Shown piece after piece: positions 44,965 to 56,210 of a DNA stretch of 64,000 nucleotides; positions within the stretch are counted from its first letter, which is position 1; the number at the start of each line of letters is the position of its first letter. The DNA is taken from positions 29,450,001 to 29,514,000 of the forward strand of contig NC_088797.1 of NCBI RefSeq assembly GCF_011386835.1, written 5' to 3'. The notes below the pieces were generated by a model. The model was not told the DNA's origin. It was given only the letters and a program-made list of their open reading frames with translations, and ran no database searches. The position numbers and the translations under genes are program-made. This DNA is from Chrysemys picta bellii. Lineage: Eukaryota.

Positions 44965-47900
44965 TCAGGGCGGGCAGGGGACTTTATGTTCCGGAGCCCC
45001 AACGCGGTGGACGGTGGCTGTTACAGGGAACGTGGTGATGCCGCAGGCGTTACTGCCGCGATGGAGACGGTAATAGCCCTGCCGAGGGGACACGTGGTTA
45101 GGGACAGATGGTACTGGACAGTCTTTCCTCACCTAGGGCTGCTCTACACCGGGAACTGACATTGGCATAGCTCTGTCTCTCGGGGGTGTAACAATCCACA
45201 CACTCCGAGAGACATAGCCGTGCGGCCCTGCCCCCGCAGTAGCCTGCACTAGGTGGATGGAAGAATTCTCCCGCCTCTCACTCCACCTTTGCGTCAAACT
45301 GGAACGGGGTCTGAACCTGCACAGGGAGTGGATAATACAGGGGTAGCCAACCTGTGGCTCCGAGCCACATGTGGCTCTTCAGAAGTTAATATGTGGCTCC
45401 TTATATAGGCACCGACTCCGGGTCTGGAGCTACAGGCGCCAACTTTCCAATGTGCCGGGGGTGCTCACTGCTCAACCCCTGGCTCTGCCACAGGCCCTGC
45501 CCCCACTCCACCCCTTCCCTGAGCCTGTTGTGCCCTCACTCCTCCCCCCTCACACCCTAGAGCCTCCTGCATACCACAAAACAGCTGATGGGGAGGAAGG
45601 GGAAAGGCGCTGATTGGTGGGGCTGCCAGTAGGCGGGAGGTGCTGGGAAGCGGGGTGGAGGGGAGAAGCTGATGGGGGGCTGCTGATGTATTACTGTAGT
45701 TCTTTGGCAATGTACATTGATAAATTCTGGCTCCTTCTCAGGCTTAGGTTGGCCACTCCTGGTATAATAAAAGCCCACACCTCACCCCAGTGAGGGCTGT
45801 GTCTTAGCATTACTCATAGACTCATAGACTCTAAGGTCAGAAGGGACCATTATGATTATCTAGTCTGACCTCCCGCATGATGCGGGCCACAAAAGCTGAC
45901 CCACCCACTCCTGGAAGAATTCTCTCCCTTGACTCAGCTGTTGAAGTCCCCAAATCATGATTTAAAGACTTCAAATTGCTGAGAATCCTTCAGCAAGCGA
46001 CCCCTGTGTAAACAGTCCCTGCACCCCACCCAGAGTCCGTCTCTGTATGATCCCACAGCACAGCCTCCTTCAGACAAAACCAGCCCACACCCTCACAGCC
46101 AGCACTGCCCTGGGGGCAGCCCCATACACTCCCCACTCACCTCCTCTCCCCAGTCTTCCCCCCTGGAGTTCTGGATGACCCAGTACTGCATTTTCTTCTC
46201 TGAAATGAATTGGTGAAGAGAAAGGCACAGTGGTCTTAGTGTTTCTGACAGCTGAGCCCCCTGCCAAACTCCAGTTCATTTAACCCCATCTCACCCCAAT
46301 CCAAACCCTTGTACTGCCCATCCCCACTCACCATGCCCGTAACCAACCAGCAGGCCAACATGATCCACCCGGTCTGGACTACAGCTCTTCACTGAGGGCT
46401 GGGAGATGCCCAGTTTATAATGCTGCAGTGGCACAAAAATGAGCCAAAAGTGAATGGGCGGGGGGTGTCTTAGTGGGTGGATCACCATGGGTTGGGCTGA
46501 GTAGCCAGAGGGCTTCTCCCGCATTGCTAATTGGGAGGCACCTACCTTCATGACAGCTGAGTTCAGGGTAACTGTGATTGGGCCCTTGCTTGCGACGTGT
46601 GCAGCTATTTCTACAAGAGGAAACCCAAAAGTACGGGGTGAGGAGGAGGACCCAGGAACAAACACCCCTGACCCAGGCATGGCCCTACCAGGCTGCTGCT
46701 GTCCCCACACACTGGCTACATTGGCCCTTGCCCCTCTCTGGGCCCTCTACACCCCTCACATTCCCCCTCTGCTGCTCAGAGCTCCCCCAGGGGGAAGCAT
46801 GAAACTAACCAGCCCCTTGTTGGTTTCACACACATCACCCCATGCACCCTCCTGCCCATGCACAGCTGCCTGGAAACTGACCAGGTCTTGATCAGTTCTG
46901 CCCCTGCTTCCCCCCTTCCCTCCCAGCCCTCTTTGTCACCCCCCTAATCCTGTTCTACTGCCCTCACTTGCTTCCTTTGCCCTCACCACTCCCCCTCCTT
47001 GCCCCAGTGCTGGCCCCACCCCAACCCCTCTCCCCACAGGCCTCACCCTCCTCATCTCCAGGTAGTGTCTGGAAGCCCTGGATATAGGCAGCCAGCACAT
47101 TGAGGCTGTCGCATGTTTCCTGTGTCCCTGTGTAGGGGTAGGCATCCTCGCTGGTCAGACCACCTGGGAGGGAGTGTATGTGAAAGGTCTGGGATGGGCC
47201 CAGAGCGCCTCATTCCCTGCTCCATCCTTCCCCTGTTCTGGACTCAAGGGTCACAGTAAACCCCCTCCCCCCAAATTCAGCCTGTCACAGAGTATGGCCA
47301 GAGCAGAGTCTAGGAGTGAAGAGGAATGTCCCTTCTGTATACAGTATTGGGAAAATTGCTCCCAGTCTGGGTCAGGGTCCATGCACCACCTGGCGTAATG
47401 GGGGCTCCAATCTCAGTCAGGGTCTGCGCAGCGTCCAGTGATGGGGGCTGCAGATTGGGCTGGGGGCCCCAATCTCAGTCAAGGGGTCTGTGCAGCACCT
47501 GTGGTGACGGGGGCCCCAATCTGGGTTGGGGTCTGTGCAGTGCCTGGCACAATGGGGGGCCCCAGTATGAGTTGGAGTGAGTCTCCATGCACTGAAGTAT
47601 CCTTACAGTAAACAGTTGTGAGGGGTGAATAGGGGAGAGTCCTGGGAGCTGTGGGGGGCTTTATTGTCTGTAGGGCAAAGGAGCCCACGTCCCTCCAGTG
47701 CCTATATACCCTTGTGTAGCACCGTAGTGAAGGCGTCCCACACGTAGCCCCCTTTGCACCCCACTCCGCACAAGCTGCAGTCCAACACCTCTGCAAGGGA
47801 AGTAGTGGGTGAGCATCAAGCCAGCTCCCCCTCACCCCAGTCAGATCCTGGGATCCTGCTCCTGCTGGGTGGCACACACTGACCAGGAAAGACCCCAGTG

Positions 47901-50900
47901 GGCACTGGCTCATCTGACAGGTGGGACGTCTCACAGTGGCTCCCACTGGGGTGATGAACCCACCCCTGGATGGAGAGACTCAGCACCTGCCACCCCCTGC
48001 TTTAACATCTGGTGGGGGAGAGTTCCACAGGCAGGGCTCAGCTGATAATAGATGCGGGGGGAGGGGAGGTCGGTGAAGGGATCCTAGCCTACCAGGAGGC
48101 AAGTCTGTGGTGGGGCTGTCCCCCCACCCCAGTGAATGCTAATGGGGTGCAAATACATGAACCCCCATGCATGGAGACATGGTCCCTATATACCCCACAC
48201 ACCCAGCCAGCTCCCAGGCCCGTCAAGGGTTACAAGCTCCCAGTTTGGGACAGGAAGTGAAGGGGGTACTTTACACACACACTAACTCTCATTCTCAGGG
48301 GGAGGAGCTTAGAACAGCCCCAGGCGCCCCCTCCTCTGTGCCCCATTCATCCCGGCCTCTGGGGCTGCTGCACACATCAGGGCAGCGCTGGGGTGCCCCT
48401 CCCTGTGCCAGTCGAGGGGGCGAGGCTCCCCACAGCCCCTACCTTGCACCGAGAGGTTCCGGGGCTGGTGGAAGTGGATGTTCCAGAGGGACTCGATGTT
48501 GGCAACGGCAGCGAAGGCCCAGCAGGAGCGGCACTTATCGCCCTGCGGAGAGAGGGGTGAGGCCCAGCGTGGTGCTAGGGGGCACTGTGCTGCAGGGCAG
48601 GAGGGGGCGCTCTCCCCAGCCTCAGCGCTGACCCCAATGCCCCAGCTGAGGGAGGGGGCGCCGGTTGGGGTTAGCAGTGGGGAGAGGGGTGGGAGTGGAA
48701 TGATTTTGTCAGTACTGAGCCCCGCATGGCTCCCCCTGTCCTGCCCCATCTAACTGCCCGTCTGGGGGGTTCCCAACCCCGCCCCTCCCACAACTACCTG
48801 GTCTTTTACGGCCGTCACAGCCCCCGCCTTCCTCCAATCGCAGGACAGGGGCAGCTTCTTCCTCGGGAACCGGGGGGCCTGGCGCATGGTGGGGGGCGGG
48901 GGGCTCCGGAACATCCCCCGGAACTCCTCATCTGGGGAGATGGAGGGTGATGGTGCTGAGGGGGTGCTGGAAGGGAAGGGAGGGGGTGCAGAGCAGTGGG
49001 CGAAGGGAGGACTGCAGAGCGGTCATGTGGGAAATGAGGGGTGCATGGGAGAGGTGCAGAGCAGTGGGCGAAGGAAGGGGTACACGGGAGGGGTGCAGAG
49101 CGGTGGGGGTGGGGAAGGGGGGTGCAGAGAGGTTGGGGCAGGGGAAGTGAAGGGTCCACAGTAGGGGGTGCAGAGCGGTGGAGGCAGAGAAAGGAGGGGT
49201 ACACGGGAGGGGGTGCAGAGCGGTGGGGGCGGGGAAGGGAGGGGTGCATGGGAGGGGTGTAGAGCAGTGGGTGAAGGGGAAGGGAGTGGGTGCAGAGCAG
49301 TGGGGGAAGTGGGGTGCACAGGAGGGGGTGCAGAGCGGTGGGTGAAGGGGAAGAGGGGGTGCAGAGCAGTGGGGGAAGGGAGGGGTGCAGAGAGGTGGGC
49401 GAAGGGGAAAGGAGGGGGGCAGAGCTGCAGGGGAGAGGGATGCGGCGTCGGGGGTCGCTCCCCACCTGTCCAGTCGCTGAAGCGGGTCACCCCGTACTGC
49501 CCCGTGCCCAGCTCCGTCTCCTGCAGCCGCTGCGCCGCGAGCAGGCTCCGCGTGAAGATCCCGAAGCGTCTGCGCTGCTCTGGAGGAGGATGTGGGGGTC
49601 ACGGGCACTGGGGGGCACGACACCCCCCGCCAGTGGCATCGGACACCCTGCCCCCCCCCGACCTCCCCAGGACAAATCGGGCGGAAATTTCCAACCCTCC
49701 CCGCGCCTATTTCCGCTGCCAGCTACAGAGCCGAGCCACAGGGGGCTGGGTGTGAAACCAGCGTGAGGGAAAGAGCGAGACAGCAGCGGAGCCCCCGCCC
49801 CTCCCGCGCATCCCCCCGGCCCTGAGGGGAGGGGAACATGCAGGGCCCAGGGAAGGCGGCTTGCACCAGCCGCGGGCAGGCCGGGCTCAGAGGTGTCTGG
49901 TCACAGAGGCGGAGAGAAGGAGATCGGTCTGGTCTGTCCACCCCCGCCTCAGTCCCATCCGTCCCCCTGCTGCCCCATGTTCTCCACATGCTAACAGCCC
50001 CCAGGAAGAGCCGCCTGCCCCCCCCCCCCCCGTCCGTCCGTCACCTGCGGGGCTCCTGTAGGTTCTGTTGAACTGAATCATAAAATCCTTGAACATTCGA
50101 GTCACTTCAGTCTGAAATGGACAAACCGGCAGGATGGTGGGGAGAGAAGGCGCGTCCCAGCAGCCAGTGCCCCTGCCTCAATTCCTACTCCCAGCCCCCA
50201 GCTACCCACAGCTCTGCTAGTGCCCCCCCATCCGCACCCACAGCCCCGTTAGCCCAACCCTGGTCCCCCCACCCACAGCCCTGCTAGTGCCCCCCCATCC
50301 GCACCCACAGCCCCCTGTTAGCACAACCCTGGTCTCCCCCCACCCACAGCCCTGCTAGTGCCCCCCCCATCCGCACCCACAGCACCCTGTTAGCACAACC
50401 CTAGGCTCTGCACACCCTTCCCAGCTCTGTTCCTGGCCCTCAATCCTCAGCCTTCGGCTATCCCTGCTTTGGGGTGCAGGGTGGAGTCTGCTGCTGTCAG
50501 GGATGGATGGGGGAACATGCCTGTCTAGGTGGGTGGGCATTGGTGTCTGTGTGCAGTTTGGGTGTCAGAGGGGGGAGCACGTGGAGCATGGGGGAGTGTG
50601 CAAGGAGCGTGAGGCACAGACTGGCCCTACCGGACCTTCCCCTCTCGCGGGTGCTGGCTCCAATCCCCGTCCCTGGATTCTCCACACATGCACCAAATGC
50701 TGGGTCTCAGCACAGTAGCCAGTGAGTCTTGGCACAGACACTCGGTGTCTTCTCTGTCCTTCTCTGGCTTTCAGGTCCACTCCGCCCCAAAACTGCTCCC
50801 TCCAGGTGCATCCTCCATCCCTTACCTTGCTGAGTTCAGGGGGCAGGACAGAGCCAGCTGGGAGGGCCCAGACCCACAGCAGCAGGAGGCAGGGACTCAG

Positions 50901-50915
50901 GACTCCAGGCCCCAT
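44965..50915 (-). CDS. CTSW: Cathepsin W-like papain-family cysteine protease, copy A, 11 exons, 343 aa
   Basis: Exons (minus) 50915-50826, 50111-50045, 49579-49466, 48931-48798, 48542-48443, 47790-47710, 47163-47047, 46610-46546, 46422-46332, 46199-46141, 45078-44965; total 1032 nt, open. Signal peptide, I29 prodomain (GVTRFSDWT), [32 protein letters not shown]-terminus [13 protein letters not shown]...VPCPP as in cathepsin W. Confidence 0.88.
45338..45761. mobile_element. hAT MITE specific to CTSW copy A (last intron)
   Basis: TIRs CAGGGGTAGCCAACC / GGTTGGCCACTCCTG; TSD ggataata / gtataata; empty site at 56690-56697 in copy B. Confidence 0.9.
45812..46003 (-). mobile_element. CR1 3'-end fragment specific to copy A
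   Basis: Octamer tail actcatagactcatagactc and CR1 3'UTR; absent from the paralogous position about 56725-56750. Confidence 0.75.
48950..49440. repeat. Degenerate G-rich minisatellite in CTSW intron 3 (paralog at about 59790-60160)
   Basis: Repeats of gggtgcagagc(a/g)gtggggg. Confidence 0.75.
50200..50420. repeat. Minisatellite expansion in CTSW-A intron 1
   Basis: About 3 copies of cacagccctgctagtgccccccatccgcacccacagccc...; only a single unit in copy B. Confidence 0.7.
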
Positions 50916-51484
50916 GGCAGTAGCAGCTCAGTGCCTGCCTAGGCATCCTGTGGGGGGGTTATATGGGGAGGGGCAGGCAGAAGAGTGACGGAAACCACAG
51001 AGCAGAGGAGCTGCAGGTGTGAGATCCGGGGCCAGGGGGCAGATATGTGTATGTGGGGAGGGAATCCAAGGTGTGGGGGTTGGCTTCAGATGTCCAAGCA
51101 GCCTCAAACCTGCTCCTGTGCCCTCAGGGTCCACACCACGGGGGCGGGGGGACGGAGGATGGACAGATTTGGGGACAATGGGGCATTGTTCCATCCATTC
51201 CCATCGCTCATCTGCTCTACTACATTTAGCCCGAGGCACCAGCCCCTGGTGACTACCCTTCCCCCTCCCCCCCGTGGGAGGTAACAGTCCCCCAGAATCC
51301 AGGGACCTCGGGAGCAAAGACGCTTATGGAAACCACAGCACAGTGAACCTCTGTCCTATATAAACAGTCCCCGCATCCCACCCCAGAGATGGCTGCATCT
51401 CAGCACCAGGCGAAGGACTCCTGCTCATATACAGCTCGTTCCCATGGATGTGGGGCTGCCCCTGGTCTCCATTTGCTGTCGCAG

Positions 51485-54400
51485 ATGACGTTGTCGAGCG
51501 TGCCAGCCTTCCTGGACGTGATGGGGCAGTTCGATGTGGAGTACCGGGTCAACGTGGCCTGCCGGGACGGGAGCATCTACATCCTGCGCAGGTGACAGCC
51601 AGCCGTCGGGGTGCCTGGGGCTGGAATGGGGCAAAGGGGAAGGCAGGGGAGTGCTGAGGAACATAAGATAAGGAACCTGGTATGTCTCCTCCTCCCCCCG
51701 GATCAGACCTATGGTCCTTTCCCACTGCCCAACAGCCACCCATGCCAGTTGCCCATAATGCACCTCTCTTTGTAGCACTCTCCCATATGGGTGATTCCCT
51801 CCATGCAAAGGTTCAGCCCAGGCCCCGGTGCCTGAAGGTTTGGTCTTGCTGTAACATCCCTACGAGTGAGGCCTGTCTGTGCCCATTTCCTGGACACGGG
51901 GGGGAGGGGGAGGTGACAGGAGCCCACAAGGCAGGGGTGCAAGAAGGGGAGCTGGGTGGGGCAGCAAGCACTGGGGGGGGGAGGGCTGGCACTGACCTAT
52001 CTGCCCTCCCTTCCCACTCCAGGGAGTCCAAGCGGCCCAAGTACTGCATCGAGCTGAGTGCCCAGCCCGTGGGGCTGGTGCGGGTACACAAGAATATTAT
52101 GGCCGGCTGCTCTGACGAAACCCTGCAGGGCTATACACAGACGGTGGGAGTGGGTGAGGGCACCTGCTACGGGGCACTAGGGGTGGGGCAGCTGGGCAGG
52201 TCTTGGAACCTGTGTGCCCCCAGATCTGCTCCCTACATCACCTGTTACCAAGATGCCTCTCCCTGGGGGGACCAGCTGGAGATCTCCATAGCTCCATTCT
52301 AGGTCTGGTCTGCTAAGGGGGCCAGTGTCACAGGGCTGCCACGCAAGGGATCCTTGTATAAATAGTCCCCCTCCCCCATCCCAGAGGCAGATAAACAGCC
52401 TTGCAGCTCACCCCAGAGATGGCTACATCTGAGTGCTAGATCTCTTTCTCTTACAGGGGAAGAAGCTGTGGACAGTCTATCTGCCAGCCCCACTAATGAC
52501 CATGTCATAACTATAAAGGGAAGGGTAACAGCTGTCCTGTGTACAGTACTATAAAATCCCTCCTGGCCAGAGACTCCAAAATCCTTTTCCCTGTAAAGGG
52601 TTAAGAAGCTCAGGTAACCTGGCTGGCATCTGACCCAAAGGCCCAATAAGGGGACAAGATACTTTCAAATCTTGCGGGGGGGGGGGGGGAAGGCTTTTGT
52701 TTGTGCTCTTTGTTTGGGAGTTGTTTGCTCTTGGGACTGAGAGGGACCAGACATCAATCCAGGTTCTCCACATCTTTCTAAACAAGTCTCTCATATTTCA
52801 AATTTGTAAGTAAACAGCCAGGCAAGGCATGTTAGTTTTTACTTTGTTTTCTCAACTTGTAAATGTACCTTTTACTAGAGTGTTTATCTTTGTTTGCTAT
52901 ACTTTGAACCTGAGGCTAGAGGGAGATCCTCTGAGCTCTTTAAGTTTGATTACCCTGTAAAGTTATTTTCCATACTGATTTTACAGAGATGATTTTTACC
53001 TTTTTTCTTTAATTAAAAGTCTTCTTTTTAAGAACCTGATTGATTTTTTTCCTTGTTTTTAGATCCAAGGGGGTTGGATCTGTATTCACCAGGAGTTGGT
53101 GGAAGGAAGGAGGGGGGGATGGTTAATTTCTCCTTGTTTTAAGATCCAAGGGGGTTGGAACTGTATTCACCAGGAGTTGGTGGAAGGAAAGAGGGGGGAT
53201 GGTTCATTTCTCCCTGCTTTAAGATCCAAGGGGTTTGGATCTGTGTTCACCAGGGAATTAGTGAAGAGTTTCTCAAGGCTTCCCAGGGAAGGGAATCCAC
53301 TTGGGAATGGTGGCAGCGGACCAGATCTAAGCTGGTAGTTAAGCTTAGAAGTTTTCATGCAGGTCCCCACATTTGTACCCTAAAGTTCAGAGTGGGGAAG
53401 CAGCCTTGACAGACCATGAGCCTCCTAGACCAGAAATCACGCGGCTTTCAGGCCGTGATGGTAGGTCTGGCCAACCAGGAGGTGCACATGTACCAGGGCA
53501 AAAACCTTGTGGACATCATCCACACCCAGATAACTTCCCCAGAAAGCAAAGCCAGTGCCAGGGTTAATGCAGGACTCCTGGGTTCTATCCCAGCTTTGGG
53601 AGAAGAGTAAGGTCTCATGGGCTAGAGCAGGAGGCTGGGAGCCAGGCCTCTTGAGTCTTATCCCTGGTTCTGAGAAGGGAATGGGGTCTAGTGGGTTAGA
53701 GTGAGGAGGCTAGGAGCCAGGATTGTGGGTATGATGGTTATGGGGGAGCCAGGACACTGGCTGAGCTGCCTGATACCCCATTACCCCCCCTCGCTCCGCC
53801 ACAGGACGTGGTCACCAGCATTAGCTTTGGCCGCTATGGGCGTGAAGACAACACCCTGATCATGACGACTAAAGGTAGGCAAGGGGCATGCCGGGTGGGC
53901 ACCATTCAGTTCCGTGCAATTGCTTCTGTGCAGTAGTGAATGCACCCTGCAGGGGATGCTACCGGCTGTGTGCAGGACACCCTGCCCAGCCCCATCTGTA
54001 AGGACACCCTGACCCTAGCTTAGAAATTCTACCCTCAGACATCTGGGCATAAGCTGGGCTCCAGCTGGTGGGTCAGGAATGAATTCAACTCCCGTGGGAC
54101 AGTGCAGTGCAGCAAGGGGCATTAAGGAGACAGTACACCATGGGGGATGGGCCCACAGGTCTGATCCAGGGAGAGGGGATTCAGGACCTTTGTGCCCATT
54201 TGTGGTGGTCCCTCCCCGTAGGCGTGGGGTTGATCATCAAAATCCTGACAAGCACAGCTGTGTTTGAGGAAAAGGACACGTCGCTGGGCCCTCCTGTGGC
54301 CCAGAGCATCCGACTCAGCGTGCCCGAGAAGACCAGGCTGTACATGGATCAGACGCTGCGGGAGCGCGAGAATGCCGTGGGTGAATAGGGCAGGAATGGT

Positions 54401-55007
54401 GGGTTGAGGAGGGGGACTGCTTGTAGGCAGGTTGGGGATGGAGCAGCTGGGAGTGTAGGGGAATGAGGAGGGGGAGTGGAGATTGGGCGTGGGAGGTGAG
54501 GTGGGGCATCTCCCACCATTTCCCAGGCCCCCCCGGCCATGAGTCTCCTCCCATGTGCCCAGCCATAGAGCCACCAGTCCCACTCTGAGCATCAACCATG
54601 GGAAAGTGAGAAGCCACTGGATTGGGATTTACTTACCAACTCAAAGTATGTCAGTGCAAATGCACTGGCCAGCCACTGGGGGCGCTGTGCTGCAGGGAGC
54701 AGGGTGGGGACTCAGTGCTGACCCTGGTGCCAGCGGAGGGACACTAAAGGGCCCTGTGCTGCAAATAAGGCATAAAGCCAAGATCCGTTGTGATTGGTAG
54801 AGATCCCCCTTGTTGATTGGCTGCTGGCCCCAGGCTGACTGTCTGTCCTCGCTGTCCCTTCACCCCTCGCCAGCCATGCACCACGTGTTCCAGATGGACC
54901 TGTACCGGCTGCGGCTCATGGCAGCCCGGGCCTATGTCAAGGCGCTGGAGTCCAGCCTGGTGCCTGTCACATCCACACTGCAGGAGTCCCTTAAGATGAA
55001 TGCCGTG
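51485..55007 (+). pseudogene. BBS1: BBS1 partial pseudogene 1 (exons 9-14)
   Basis: Exon copies 51485-51591, 52023-52143, 52457-53529 (split by LTR; donor GT to AT at 53530), 53805-53874, 54222-54380, 54874-55007; exons 1-8 absent, exons 15-17 deleted; 3'UTR homology resumes about 55506. Confidence 0.93.
52503..53411. mobile_element. Solo LTR (909 bp) inserted in pseudo-exon 11
   Basis: TGTCA...TGACA termini; perfect 5-bp TSD GACCA (52498-52502, 53412-53416); internal 3x repeat aagatccaaggggttggatctgtattcaccagg. Confidence 0.93.
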
Positions 55008-56210
55008 GTGAGTGGGTCATGGGGACACCAGACCCTTGGAATGAGGAGGGTATGGGGCATTTGGAGGGAGCCAGGAGACGGGGTGAGGAAATTCAGGATT
55101 GCGCAGGCGGAGGCTGGGAGCCAGGACTCCTGGGTTCTCCACAGCTCTAGGAGGGGAGGGGGGTCTGGTGGGCGTGGGGCTGGGCAGTTTTCCCTACTGT
55201 GGGTTGTCCCTGTGCAGGACTATTTTTAAAATCCCCCTCCCATCCTGCCCTGCAATACCCATTCCCACACCCGCTCCAGCCTTCTTTCTTGAATTTTTAT
55301 CCTGCTCCTGCCATTATGGCAGCAGGACCCTCAGGATCCCCGTCCCGCTGCAGGGTTCTAGGTTGAAGCACATGGTCTAACTACTAGACTAAGCTGCCTG
55401 CTTTGGCAGGGTCACTGGTGGGAGAGAAGCATCTGATTTCTCTGTGCTCAGGGTGGAGGTGCTGGGAGCGGAGCAGGCAGCGCCCGCGAGGCCATTACAG
55501 GATGTTGCAGAGCTACAGTAGATCCCATAGGAGCCCTCACTGGATCAGAGCCAGGACTGAGAGCCAAGGCCCCCTGCTGTGCAGTGAACCACCAGCTGCC
55601 CCCAGGGTGCATGCTACTGACTTGGGACCATGTAGAGGGGGGTGTCAGGGCTGCCGTCCCCAGCCTGGGGTGCAGACCCAGCTGCGTTGTCTGGGATCAG
55701 GCCAGCTCCTTACGTCAGAGGGGGTGTGGGGAGGTCCAGAGCTGCTGGGGAAAGGGGTGTTTCTCCCCCAACATGGCCCTGGGAGCAGCACCTGGAAACC
55801 CCCTTAGCTGTCGTAGCATTTTAATAAAGCCAGCACTGTTGCTGTATCGAGGGTGCTGGTGTCTGGAGTGCGCAGTGCGGGGGGAGATAAGGGGGTACAC
55901 TCAGGTTAACAATCAAACAACCTCCCCCCATCAAAACACACACAGCACATAAAAGCAGTTTAATGGCAGCTTCACAGGCCCCTTTCGCTGCTGCAGCAAA
56001 GGGAAGGAGCATTCGCATGGAGGCAGTGTTGCTGGAAGAGCTGAGCCCAGCTCTGGGTACCTGTGGGGATGGAGCTAGAGCAGTCTGAGTATCGAATTCA
56101 TTCCCCCATCACCCAGGGAAGGCCCGTGGCCCCAGTTGGTTCTGTCTTGGTGGTAGCAGGGGTCTTGGCAGGCAGTCAGCAGGCTCTCGGCAGCAGCAGC
56201 ACCTCCTCCT

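Noticed and set aside
47704-47710. Loss of the exon-6 donor in CTSW-A
   Set aside because: The donor is weaker (G|gtatat versus C|gtacgt) but GT and frame are preserved; not evidence of pseudogenisation without RNA data.
48815-49766. Long Pro/Gly-rich ORFs overlapping CTSW intron 3 (also 59579-60476 and 39094-39681)
   Set aside because: They arise from G-rich minisatellites that lack stop codons.
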